From assembly GCA_903856085.1 (NCBI GenBank), contig CAIOAT010000024.1, positions 3,180-67,179 on the forward strand: a DNA stretch of 64,000 nucleotides, given 5' to 3'. Of the stretch, positions 8,234 through 17,177 are shown in pieces; position 1 is the stretch's first letter, and the number at the start of each line of letters is the position of its first letter. A program made the translations under genes and the position numbers. Below the pieces are notes generated by a model. It worked only from the letters and a program-made list of their open reading frames with translations, was not told where the DNA came from and did no database searches. The DNA is from Candidatus Omnitrophota bacterium (GTDB taxonomy: Bacteria; Omnitrophota; Omnitrophia; Omnitrophales; Aquincolibacteriaceae).

Positions 8234-9970
8234 CTACTTAATGAATGTGATATTAATATCTTCGCGATGCGCGGTCGGCTCGGAATAGATCGAGATGCGG
8301 CTCCCCGTACTTTTCTCGAGATATCGGAGCGCCTTCTTTTCTTGCTGGAGAAGTCTTTCCGCGACATCCGGATGCACGTACGCATTGACGATGCGATCCC
8401 TGGAATCCTTCAGGGACTTGCGCAATTCCCGAATCACCTGGATCGACATCGTTGCCGTCGACTTGATATTGCCCTTCCCCTCGCAATAGGGGCAGGTGTC
8501 ATAGACCGCACTCTCAAGAGAGGGACGCATTCTCTGACGCGTCATCTGAATCAGCCCAAGCTCGGAAACCTGCACCAAATGGGTCTTGGCGCGATCCTTG
8601 CTCACCGCCTCTTTGAAGATATTAAAGAGGTTGCGACGGTGTTGACCTTGCTCCATATCGATAAAATCGATGACGATGATCCCGCCGACATCACGCAGTC
8701 GCAACTGGCGCGCGATCTCCTGGGCAGCCTCGACGTTATTCTTATACACCGTCTCCTCGAGCCCCCGGTTATTGCCTGTGAATTTCCCGGTATTCACGTC
8801 GATCGCCACAAGACTTTCAGTCTGTTCGATGACGATCGAACCACCTGACTTAAGATGAACATTCTTTTGAAACGTGCGTTCGATCTCTTTTTCGAGTCCG
8901 TGACGTTCAAAAAGACTTCCCTTTTCTTTCGCGAACTCGATATTCAGATCCTGCCCCGGCATATAGACTGAAGTGAACCGCTTGAGCTTCTTGAAAATCT
9001 CAGGATGGTCCACCACAACCTTGGTCGTTTCTTCGTTCACGTAATCGCGGACCACGCGTTCCACGAGCCCGAGCTCTTGATGAATCATGACCGGTGCTTT
9101 CTTAGCCGAGATCATCCCGTGGATCTTCTTCCAAAGCCTGATCAAATAACGGATATCCCGCGTGAAATCCGCATCACTTTTGCCTTCAGCGTTCGTTCGC
9201 ACGATGAACCCGACGCCTTTAGGGATCTCAAGACTTCTAAAAATACCCCGGATACGTTCACGCTCCGAGCGGCTCTCCACACGCCGCGAAATCCCAATTT
9301 TTGATTCGCCTGGCATCATCACGAGATAACGCGCTGGGATCGAAAATTGCGTCGTAAGACGCGGACCTTTGTTTCCGAGAGGCTCCTTCACAACCTGCAC
9401 AATGACCTTCTGCCCCACTTTGAGGACATCTTCGATCCTAGGTCGCGGCTGATGATGTTGCTGATGCGGGGGCTGATTTCGACCACCCTGCCGTCCGCCT
9501 TGCTGATGCCTTCCGCGTCCACGATCCCGCCCCCCATGCCGTCCCTGGCCTCGTCCTTGCCCCTGAGGCTGTCCCTGTCCTTGCACGGGAGCTGGGACTT
9601 GAACCTGCGGCTGTCCTTGGGCTTGCCCCTGTCCCTGGACATTCCCTTCAATCACGACACCTTCGGATGGCTTAACCTCAGTAGCTGTCCCCTCAGTTTT
9701 TTTCTCTTCGCCATCATCAAATTCGGCGTCGAGATCCAGAGGCGAACGAAGCGCGTCGCCGACATAAAGAAAACCATCTTTCCCGGTTCCGATATCCACA
9801 AAAGCGGCATCGATCCCCGGGATCACAGTCTTCACGATCCCTTCATAGATATTCCCGAAAAGCTTCTTCGAGTCCCCGCGCTCGATATAGAATTCCTCAA
9901 GCCGGCCATCTTCGAGAATGGCGACCTGTTTTTCATTAGCATCCTGCGAAATCAAAATTTGCCGTTCCAT
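8234..9970 (-). CDS. rng: Ribonuclease G/E family endoribonuclease with a low-complexity Q/G/R-rich insertion
   Basis: Canonical N-terminus (MERQILISQDANEKQVAILEDGRLEEFYIE), S1 and catalytic domains. ATG at 9970 (AGGAAA RBS) preferred over the GTG at 10006 used by the ORF track. Confidence 0.85.
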   Translation of the reverse strand: MERQILISQDANEKQVAILEDGRLEEFYIERGDSKKLFGNIYEGIVKTVIPGIDAAFVDIGTGKDGFLYVGDALRSPLDLDAEFDDGEEKKTEGTATEVKPSEGVVIEGNVQGQGQAQGQPQVQVPAPVQGQGQPQGQGRGQGRHGGRDRGRGRHQQGGRQGGRNQPPHQQHHQPRPRIEDVLKVGQKVIVQVVKEPLGNKGPRLTTQFSIPARYLVMMPGESKIGISRRVESRSERERIRGIFRSLEIPKGVGFIVRTNAEGKSDADFTRDIRYLIRLWKKIHGMISAKKAPVMIHQELGLVERVVRDYVNEETTKVVVDHPEIFKKLKRFTSVYMPGQDLNIEFAKEKGSLFERHGLEKEIERTFQKNVHLKSGGSIVIEQTESLVAIDVNTGKFTGNNRGLEETVYKNNVEAAQEIARQLRLRDVGGIIVIDFIDMEQGQHRRNLFNIFKEAVSKDRAKTHLVQVSELGLIQMTRQRMRPSLESAVYDTCPYCEGKGNIKSTATMSIQVIRELRKSLKDSRDRIVNAYVHPDVAERLLQQEKKALRYLEKSTGSRISIYSEPTAHREDINITFIK

Positions 9971-10177
9971 AAACTGAATTTCCTTTCTTAAAACCATTTC
10001 CACCACGTAGGTGTATTAGGTGTTCATTGTTGAAGGCGGAATCTTGGAGAATCCAGGCGGGTGTAAAGCTTGGGAGAAAGAAAAAACGTCAATTTATTCC
10101 GAGGCGGAACCTTAACGAACCCTAAGGCCTGCAAGAGCCTTCCCAAAAGGACCCAAAGACCGGACCTAACATTAACC

Positions 10178-11839
10178 CTAGGCGGGCTTGTCCTTGTTCG
10201 TGTTTTCCGATGACACTACCTTCTCAGAACCCTTCAACCCCGGAGCGGCATCCGTTGCAGCCGTTTTTTTCTGGGACTGATCGTCTTTTGACTGGTTATT
10301 CTTCCCGTCAACTTTGGCACCCGCAGGCTGTCCCTGCGAATCCACCGTAGTAACTGTTACAAAAAAGAGCGTTTCAACTTTTTGAGTACTTGGATTCGCC
10401 GATGAGGATGGATTTTTCGATCTAAACAATTTACCCACCAACGGAATATCCCCGAAAAATGGAACCTTATCTTCTTTAATACCCGTTTGATCCGTCAACA
10501 AACCGCCGATAGCGATCGTTTGTCCGCTTTGAATCAATACCTGTGTTTTTGCTTTAGTCGTATCAAATCGAGGCGCTTGTATCTGACCGGCACCAAAATC
10601 CTGGTTAAGCCCCACAGAACTCACTTCTGGGCTCAGATCGACTAAAATTTCTTCCGCGGAATTGATATGCGGCGTTACATTCAACACCACTCCCGTATTC
10701 CGATAATTAAAACCTGTGATCACCATGCTCCCCGTCTGCTCATTTCTCTCAAAGCTGGGGATGGGAATCTCCTGGCCGACCTGGATCGTCGCTGTCTGAT
10801 TATTCAAAACAACGACTCGGGGGTTGGAAACCACCTTCGTATTGACCCTTGTTTCCAAGAGACTCAATATCGCAGAAAAACTTGAGAAGTCCAATGTTCC
10901 AAAAGCGAATGACCCGCCGGTTGCCTCTGCTGGCGGCATCGGAAAAGTCCTGTTTTCTCCAGGGTACGGACTTGTCGTGCTAGTAGTTGTAGTCGTGCCT
11001 GAAGTTGTTGCAGATGTCGAAGTGCTCCCAGACAACGCAGGGAAAAAGCTCCGATAATCGCTCGTAGGACCCTGCATAAACGGAAATGTCGTTGGCCTCG
11101 TAGCCCCCTTAGTAAGCCCCCCTACAACATTCCAATCAATACCAAGTTTTTCCGTATTGGAAAGATCCGTCTTCACGATTTTCGAATCAATAAAAGCTTG
11201 GGAGGTAACTTTATCGAGTTTTTTGATCACTTCTCCGATGCGGTAAAGGTTGGTCGGAATATCGGTCACGACGACCATATTGGTGCGTTCCGAGGGCTTC
11301 ACCTTCCCGCGTTCACTCAACATGTCCATGATCGAGGCTTGGATCTCGGTGGCTTTCGAATAATTCAGGATGAAGGTCTTTGTCTCGACAGGTTCAAGCT
11401 TCATTTTGTCACGGGTCGTCACACGGATGATATTGCCGTCCCTCTCATAGACGTAATCGTAGGTCCTCAAGATCACCTCGAGCGCCTTTTCCCAGGGCAC
11501 ATTGTCGAGTCGCACAGTGACAAGACCGGTGACTTCCGGGCCGGTCACAATATTGACATTGCTTTTCAGACTCAGCACGCGCAACACACTCCCGATATCA
11601 GCGTCCTTAAAATCAAGACTGATCGTATCATTCCCGACTACTGGGGCAGAAGGTGCAATCACGACCGGGGCAAGGACGGCCTTAGCGGCAGGTGCGGATG
11701 GCGCGGGCGGCACAGAAGCCTTCTGTGTCACAGCGTTCGGAGTCGGGTCTGCGGCAGAGACAACGCTCGTCACGCCCAAAAGACACAGCACACCCATCAA
11801 AAGAATAAGATTATAGATTGGTCGTTTCATGAAGTTCAC
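10178..11839 (-). CDS. pilQ: Type IV pilus secretin PilQ
   Basis: 553 aa; signal peptide, N-domains, Thr/Ser-rich linker, C-terminal secretin domain (VLIQSGQTIAIGGLLTD ... VPFFGDIPLVGKLF). Confidence 0.8.
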   Translation of the reverse strand: MNFMKRPIYNLILLMGVLCLLGVTSVVSAADPTPNAVTQKASVPPAPSAPAAKAVLAPVVIAPSAPVVGNDTISLDFKDADIGSVLRVLSLKSNVNIVTGPEVTGLVTVRLDNVPWEKALEVILRTYDYVYERDGNIIRVTTRDKMKLEPVETKTFILNYSKATEIQASIMDMLSERGKVKPSERTNMVVVTDIPTNLYRIGEVIKKLDKVTSQAFIDSKIVKTDLSNTEKLGIDWNVVGGLTKGATRPTTFPFMQGPTSDYRSFFPALSGSTSTSATTSGTTTTTSTTSPYPGENRTFPMPPAEATGGSFAFGTLDFSSFSAILSLLETRVNTKVVSNPRVVVLNNQTATIQVGQEIPIPSFERNEQTGSMVITGFNYRNTGVVLNVTPHINSAEEILVDLSPEVSSVGLNQDFGAGQIQAPRFDTTKAKTQVLIQSGQTIAIGGLLTDQTGIKEDKVPFFGDIPLVGKLFRSKNPSSSANPSTQKVETLFFVTVTTVDSQGQPAGAKVDGKNNQSKDDQSQKKTAATDAAPGLKGSEKVVSSENTNKDKPA

Positions 11840-11863
11840 TCGGCCTCCATCATATCATAAAAC

Positions 11864-12229
11864 CTATGTTTTTTCCTCTTTCCTTATCCAAAGCGTCTTT
11901 TCTTCTCCATTCGCCGAGATCACGACATGGTCCCTTAGGATTTTGACGACTTTCGCGTCTCCGACGGCCTCACCCGTCTGATAGGTCTTTCCGTTCAGGA
12001 TGGCCATCGATTGCGCTCCCGGATCATAAATGATGCCCTCGAGGTTGACTCCCAAAGAGGATGCCGTCACCGAAACATCCTCTGCCGTAAGCGGCACGAA
12101 AGGGTCTCGACGTTTACCGGAATCATAAGCGATTTCTTCCGCCCGAAGCGAGCCACACAGCGTCAAAAACAAAAAAAACAAGGCTAGGAACTTTAGAGCT
12201 CCACAATATTTGCCGTCACTTTTTGGCAT
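11864..12229 (-). CDS. pilP: Pilus assembly protein PilP-like
   Basis: 121 aa; signal/lipoprotein N-terminus, DPFVPL motif, beta-rich C-terminus. Position between pilO and pilQ. Confidence 0.5.
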   Translation of the reverse strand: MPKSDGKYCGALKFLALFFLFLTLCGSLRAEEIAYDSGKRRDPFVPLTAEDVSVTASSLGVNLEGIIYDPGAQSMAILNGKTYQTGEAVGDAKVVKILRDHVVISANGEEKTLWIRKEEKT

Positions 12230-12875
12230 GTCCCGCTCCCGTCGCCGACGCGACCTGTGGCGGTGCTTTGAGGATCGCCCAAAGCTTCAGCTCCGCGACA
12301 TGCCGATCCGGCGTTTTTTCCGCCGGCATGATTTCAATGCTCCGAATCCTCAAAAGTTTCCCGTAGGACTCGATACGGCTCGCCAGACTTCCAAGATCAT
12401 GATAACCGCCTTGCACCGTAAATTCATAACCGCTCGGCTGATATTTCAAGTGATACGGTGCTGCAAAAACCGCTTTCTCAGTCAAAGGTTTGGAGGCCAG
12501 CACATCCACGCGCGACTCACTTGCCATTTTCGAAACCCGTCCTAAAAGAAGGCCCATATCCTGGGCTGTAAAAACACGCGCGCGGGTCTTTTCAATGAGC
12601 GAGCCGAATACATTCTGGTCCTCTTCCCAACCCAACCGCTTCTGGTTCAGGGCATTGATCTGGCGGATCTGAGCTTCCATACTTTGGATATCGCGCCGTA
12701 GCAAAGGACGTTCAATCCACGCCGGAATAATCAAAAAAACAACCATCAGAAAAAAAACCACCGCACACGAAAGGACGATCAACCATGTTCTTTTATCGAC
12801 ACTTTTCACGAAGGCTATAACATCGGCAGAGGTCCATTGGTTGAACGGTTTCATGGTTTTTGGGTCACTCCCCAT
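12216..12875 (-). CDS. pilO: Type IV pilus assembly protein PilO
   Basis: 219 aa; single TM, coiled coil, C-terminal ferredoxin-like region. Operon position after pilN. Confidence 0.6.
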   Translation of the reverse strand: MGSDPKTMKPFNQWTSADVIAFVKSVDKRTWLIVLSCAVVFFLMVVFLIIPAWIERPLLRRDIQSMEAQIRQINALNQKRLGWEEDQNVFGSLIEKTRARVFTAQDMGLLLGRVSKMASESRVDVLASKPLTEKAVFAAPYHLKYQPSGYEFTVQGGYHDLGSLASRIESYGKLLRIRSIEIMPAEKTPDRHVAELKLWAILKAPPQVASATGAGHAKK

Positions 12876-13429
12876 TCAAGATTTGCGGCAAAAGCGGTTC
12901 CTGCAATCTTTTCTGAGGATTCCTTGGAAGTCGTCAACGCAACCGAGGTCTGAGGCGGCAATTTTGTTCTCAGTTTCTGGAAATACTCCTCGATCTGTTC
13001 AATGCCCGTCTGTGTTCGGGATGCCAACACCACGCCCTTCAAGGTCAACCGGCATCCCTCACCTTCCCGTTCCGCTTTGAGTTCCGTGAGCCATCCCTTC
13101 GGCGGCAAGAACTCGCTCACCCAGAAAAGCATCTGCGTCATAGATTCCGTATTGAGCACGTTCTTCTCCAGAAAATCTTTTTCACCCTTCATTTCAATTT
13201 CGATCTTGGTCTCCATGGCCTTCAGCTGTGACATGGAGGGATTCAGCTTCACCCATTCCTTTTGCACATTTTTATAAGCTGAGCGAGCCCTGAGATAGTC
13301 CCCATAGAAAAAAAACGTCATAAGAAGAAAAAGCACTCCTGCCAAAAGGGCGAACGGAATATACGGAATACGCGTCGCGGTCGCTTTCCCTTTCCGGAGC
13401 TCCTGGGGCAAAAGGTTGATCTTGATCAT
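12851..13429 (-). CDS. pilN: Type IV pilus assembly protein PilN
   Basis: 192 aa; N-terminal INLLP motif (MIKINLLPQELRK) then TM segment. Confidence 0.7.
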   Translation of the reverse strand: MIKINLLPQELRKGKATATRIPYIPFALLAGVLFLLMTFFFYGDYLRARSAYKNVQKEWVKLNPSMSQLKAMETKIEIEMKGEKDFLEKNVLNTESMTQMLFWVSEFLPPKGWLTELKAEREGEGCRLTLKGVVLASRTQTGIEQIEEYFQKLRTKLPPQTSVALTTSKESSEKIAGTAFAANLEWGVTQKP

Positions 13430-14523
13430 TCGTCGCGAAGCCCCAGACCCAGAGGCACGGGCAAGAGCGACTCATGGGTTTTAAGAAGTTCAGGATCCAC
13501 GTCCGGAGCCCATTTTATCTTTGAAAGAATGTCCATACTCACCACCGGGATCTGCAGCCCTTCGCTCAGCGCCTTCAAAACCACGGGGTGAGACACCCCG
13601 CCGCTAAGAAAAAGCTTTGTGACAGGCCTCGCTTGCCCGGACTGATCATGGTAGTAGTCGAAGGAAACGCGCAGATCCCCGATCAACCCTTCAAGACTTT
13701 CCTTGATCGCTTGCGTCTGATCAAGCGTCAGAGTTTCATTTTTCTCGAAAAGCTTTTCGATCTTTTCGTCTAAAAGATCGGAACGGGTCTTGAGCCGTTT
13801 GTGAAGATCGAAAGTCCCGTAAGAAATATCACGGACAAAACGGGGTTTTCCATCACGGACGATCCCAAGGGTCGAGGTCTCAGTGCCAAGATCTAAAAGG
13901 CCGACATGTCCCGCGAAATCTTCAGGATGGAAATATTCCAATGCGGCCATCACCGAAAGAATGCTGACATCCACCAACGACAAGCGGCATTCCAGATTTC
14001 GAAAAATCTCAAGCGTCGGCTCAAGTTCCTGCCGCTTCACGACAACAAGCATTACTTCCATCTTCTCGCCATCATCGGTTTTGATGCCTTCCTCCACCAC
14101 TCCAAAATCGAGCACTACATCGTTAAGCTCAAAAGGAATATATTGTTCCGCTTCGTATTTCATGGCGCTCCGGAGATCTTCAACCTTCATCTTGGGAAAA
14201 CGGATGAATCGGATCACGACTCCATGCCCCTTGAGAGCCACACGAACTCCATCTTTTCGGAATTTTTTTCCGTCCAAAAACGGCTTGAGAACCAATGAAG
14301 GTTTCTGATCCTTGGGAGCATTCTTAATAATATCGATGCGATGGACAAAAAGGTGGTCAGGTCCTTTTTCAAGTTCCAAAAGGACCGTCTGCATCCGGCC
14401 AAGATCACACACGGTAACCTTGGTAGGGATCGTTTTTTTCTGCAGGAGCTTCGATGAAAATCCTCTAAAAAGGCCGGAAAGCTGTTGACTCAATGGAAGC
14501 CGCTTGCTGGGATCGTTACTCAT
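13426..14523 (-). CDS. pilM: Type IV pilus assembly protein PilM (actin-like ATPase fold)
   Basis: 365 aa; actin/FtsA-like motifs (VCDLG..., LLDLGTETSTLGIV..., LFLSGGVSHP). Precedes pilN. Confidence 0.8.
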   Translation of the reverse strand: MSNDPSKRLPLSQQLSGLFRGFSSKLLQKKTIPTKVTVCDLGRMQTVLLELEKGPDHLFVHRIDIIKNAPKDQKPSLVLKPFLDGKKFRKDGVRVALKGHGVVIRFIRFPKMKVEDLRSAMKYEAEQYIPFELNDVVLDFGVVEEGIKTDDGEKMEVMLVVVKRQELEPTLEIFRNLECRLSLVDVSILSVMAALEYFHPEDFAGHVGLLDLGTETSTLGIVRDGKPRFVRDISYGTFDLHKRLKTRSDLLDEKIEKLFEKNETLTLDQTQAIKESLEGLIGDLRVSFDYYHDQSGQARPVTKLFLSGGVSHPVVLKALSEGLQIPVVSMDILSKIKWAPDVDPELLKTHESLLPVPLGLGLRDE

Positions 14524-14626
14524 AGGTGAGAGATTAGCAGAAAATCTTCAAAAAAAAAGGCAAAAAAATCTACGTTGATCGTGGAAACAAATCGGGTTCG
14601 AAAACACCTTTTTCTATTTCTCATCG

Positions 14627-15100
14627 TCATCCTGTAATCGGAGTTCCAGCCGAACAGCCATCGGCAGCAGCCACAGGAATGGTCGCTGTCCCATCAACTG
14701 TAGAGCCCGTGACAACACCGGTCTGGTCGATACAATACGTATTGTTTGCCGCATTCGCGACAGGTGTGGCTAACAAAGAAAACGTACCGTCACCCACAAG
14801 ATAGCTCAAGACGAACCCATGCTTGGTTCCGCCCTCGACCCAAGAAGGGTCCAGATACGGAGGAGACACCCCTGTCAAAGCTAGGATATTGGCCGGAAAG
14901 GCCGGAGGATTCTGCACCGCACGATAACTTTCGCAAGCATGGCTGAATGTTTTCAGTTCTGACTTGACGGCACCTTCATTAGCATTGACCCTCGCCCGCA
15001 GGAGATTGGGAATGGCGATAGCGGCCAAAATCCCAATGACCGCAACTGCGATCATGATCTCAACAAGAGTAAACCCCCGTCGGGTACGCTCAAGAAACAT
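14627..15100 (-). CDS. Type IV pilin (minor pilin or second PilA paralog)
   Basis: Prepilin leader MFLERTRRG | FTLVEIMIAVAVIGILAAIAIPNL (G-1, F+1, E+5). Start placed at the Met of the leader; the ORF-track extension to 15142 is not needed. Confidence 0.8.
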   Translation of the reverse strand: MFLERTRRGFTLVEIMIAVAVIGILAAIAIPNLLRARVNANEGAVKSELKTFSHACESYRAVQNPPAFPANILALTGVSPPYLDPSWVEGGTKHGFVLSYLVGDGTFSLLATPVANAANNTYCIDQTGVVTGSTVDGTATIPVAAADGCSAGTPITG

Positions 15101-15217
15101 GGCATCTCCCATTTTAAAAGCCTGCGCACATTCAATTCTCAAGACAATTTACGGCAAGAATTGCGATTCCCCGCAGCATTTTCAGCAAGGTAGAATGAAG
15201 CAGTCGCTGCGATCCCC

Positions 15218-15260
15218 TAAAATAAAAAACCCACCCTGCCGCTCCCGGCAGGGTGGGTCA
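15218..15260 (-). terminator. Rho-independent terminator after the major pilin gene
   Basis: Perfect 13-bp stem ACCCACCCTGCCG / CGGCAGGGTGGGT with a 4-nt loop. On the minus strand it is followed by a TTTTTTATTTT tract. Confidence 0.7.
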
Positions 15261-15287
15261 GAAAAAACTTAAAAAACACTGAATCAA

Positions 15288-15743
15288 CTAGCCAGCAATC
15301 GCAGTACCACCACCAGCACAGCCTGTCGCCGGACCCGTCAGAGCGGTTGCCTTCATCACAATGACGCCGGTCTGGTCAACACAATAATAATTGACCGCAG
15401 CGTTTGCAATCGGGGTTGCGAGCGCCGCGAACGTCTGCGCTGCACCGGTAAGCACTATGTTGTAACCATGCTTCGCTGCCTTAAACGTGGCATCCACATA
15501 CGGAGGAGTCGCATCAGCCAAAGCATCGATGTCCGCAGGATAGGTTGGCGTAACCTGCGCCGCACGATAGCTTTCGGCAGCAGAGCTAAGCGTTCTCAGA
15601 TCCGACTTAATCGCACCTTCGTTGGCGTTCATACGAGCACGCATAAGATTGGGAATGGCAATAGCAGCCAAAAGCCCAATGATAGCAACGACGATCATGA
15701 TCTCAACAAGCGTGAAACCCCTTTTATTCAATTGGATAAACAT
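15288..15743 (-). CDS. pilA: Type IVa major pilin PilA
   Basis: 151 aa; leader MFIQLNKRG | FTLVEIMIVVAIIGLLAAIAIPNL. Perfect RBS AGGAGG 6 nt upstream. Own upstream intergenic region (190 nt) and downstream terminator. Confidence 0.85.
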   Translation of the reverse strand: MFIQLNKRGFTLVEIMIVVAIIGLLAAIAIPNLMRARMNANEGAIKSDLRTLSSAAESYRAAQVTPTYPADIDALADATPPYVDATFKAAKHGYNIVLTGAAQTFAALATPIANAAVNYYCVDQTGVIVMKATALTGPATGCAGGGTAIAG

Positions 15744-15933
15744 GTTATTCCTCCTGTTTCTATGTTTGCTTCTGCCTACTATTAGCTTAAACTACCTTAA
15801 ATGATACGACAATCCCAACAAGAACTAAACTAGTTTTTTTGATATCCAAGTTACACATCCTATAACTTTAACAAGCATTCATGTGAACCCTTAGACAGTT
15901 TTCCACAGGATTGTCCAGCCAAGGACTGCTTCC

Positions 15934-17172
15934 TTATTTGATCGCCTGGGTAAGCGTAAGGATGGGAAGAAACATGGCTATCACAATGCCGCCGATCACA
16001 ACCCCAAGAAAAGCAACGATGAGCGGCTCAATTAAGGAAGTCAGCCCGGAAACCGCGGTATCCACCTGGGTATCATAAAAGTCCGCGATCTTTGTGAGCA
16101 TCTCTTCCAATTCTCCGGTCTCCTCCCCAATCGCGATCATACGAACGACCATCGAGGGAAAGATTTCGTTTTTTTCAAGCGGGCCGGCGATGCTTTCCCC
16201 GCGTTTGACAGAGCCCATAAGATCCGTGATGACTTTTTCGATGCGAGCATTCCCTGAAGTTCGAGAAACGATCTCCAAAGCCGCAAGGATCGCCACACCG
16301 CTACGCAACAACGTGGAAAGCGTGCGCGCAAATTTACTGATCGCTACCTTCAAAATAATCGGACCAAAAATGGGCATGCGAAGAGTAAAAGAATCCCAGG
16401 GCAAACGGCCCAACGGAGAGCTGATGAATTTCCGGAACAGAAAAACACCTCCGCCCAGGACAGCGAGAATCCACCACCAGTTGACCGCAAGATAATTGCT
16501 GATAGTAATCAGGATCTGCGTCGGCATGGGCAGCTTCGCCCCCAGGCCTTCAAAGATCGTCGCGAACTTCGGGATCACAAAGGCCAGCATGAAGAACGTG
16601 ATCATGAAAGCCATGATCGAAACGGCCGTCGGATACATCACCGCAGATTTAACCTTTTTTTGAAGCGCGCTGGATTTTTCAAAATATTGGGCCACGCGGT
16701 CCAGGATCTCTTGCAACTTCCCGCTCATCTCACCCGCGCGCACCATGTGAATAAAAAGCGCCGAAAAAACCTTTTGGTGCGCCTGCATGGCCTCAGAAAA
16801 ACTTTTACCAGTCTGCACGTCACTATGCATCCTCCAAAGAATCTTTCGAAATTTCTCCTTATCCACCTGCCCGGCGAGGATGTCTAGGGCCTGGATCAAA
16901 GGGATCCCCGCCGCGACAAGCGTAGCCATCTGCCTTGAAAAAATCACGAGGTCGTCCAGTTTGATGCCTCCGGATTTTCCCTGCCGAATCTTGGGGACTG
17001 TCCCCTTCTGAACACTCAGCATAGAAGATCCTTTTTTGACCTGCTCCACCCGAACAACCAGATAGTCCTGCGCCTTCAGCTGACGAACAAGATCTTGAGC
17101 ATCCTGGGCGTCCTGAACGCCCTTCAGATCTTTTCCCGACTTATCCTTGACCCAATATTCGAACGATGGCAT
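15934..17172 (-). CDS. pilC: Type IV pilus platform protein PilC (GspF family)
   Basis: 412 aa; two GspF-family repeats with three TM segments. Confidence 0.85.
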   Translation of the reverse strand: MPSFEYWVKDKSGKDLKGVQDAQDAQDLVRQLKAQDYLVVRVEQVKKGSSMLSVQKGTVPKIRQGKSGGIKLDDLVIFSRQMATLVAAGIPLIQALDILAGQVDKEKFRKILWRMHSDVQTGKSFSEAMQAHQKVFSALFIHMVRAGEMSGKLQEILDRVAQYFEKSSALQKKVKSAVMYPTAVSIMAFMITFFMLAFVIPKFATIFEGLGAKLPMPTQILITISNYLAVNWWWILAVLGGGVFLFRKFISSPLGRLPWDSFTLRMPIFGPIILKVAISKFARTLSTLLRSGVAILAALEIVSRTSGNARIEKVITDLMGSVKRGESIAGPLEKNEIFPSMVVRMIAIGEETGELEEMLTKIADFYDTQVDTAVSGLTSLIEPLIVAFLGVVIGGIVIAMFLPILTLTQAIK

Positions 17173-17177
17173 ATATT

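Noticed and set aside
8267-8848. 193-aa plus-strand ORF inside rng
   Set aside because: Antisense to a well-supported RNase G frame; no motifs.
9347-9991. 214-aa plus-strand ORF inside rng
   Set aside because: Antisense to rng; includes mirror of the Q/G low-complexity insert (S/L/P-rich), a classic shadow ORF.
11198-11860. 220-aa plus-strand ORF inside pilQ
   Set aside because: Antisense shadow ORF of the secretin gene; His/Asp/Gly-rich, no domain.
15101-15142. N-terminal extension of the second pilin to the ORF-track start (MRIECAQAFKMGDA...)
   Set aside because: A prepilin leader must be short and end in Gly immediately before FTLVE; the Met at 15100 gives the canonical 9-residue leader.
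15744-15933. Possible sigma-54 promoter upstream of pilA
   Set aside because: Pilin genes are often RpoN-dependent, but no TGGCAC-N5-TTGC(A/T) match is present on the minus strand. Only a strong RBS (AGGAGG) and AT-rich sequence are visible, so no promoter call was made.
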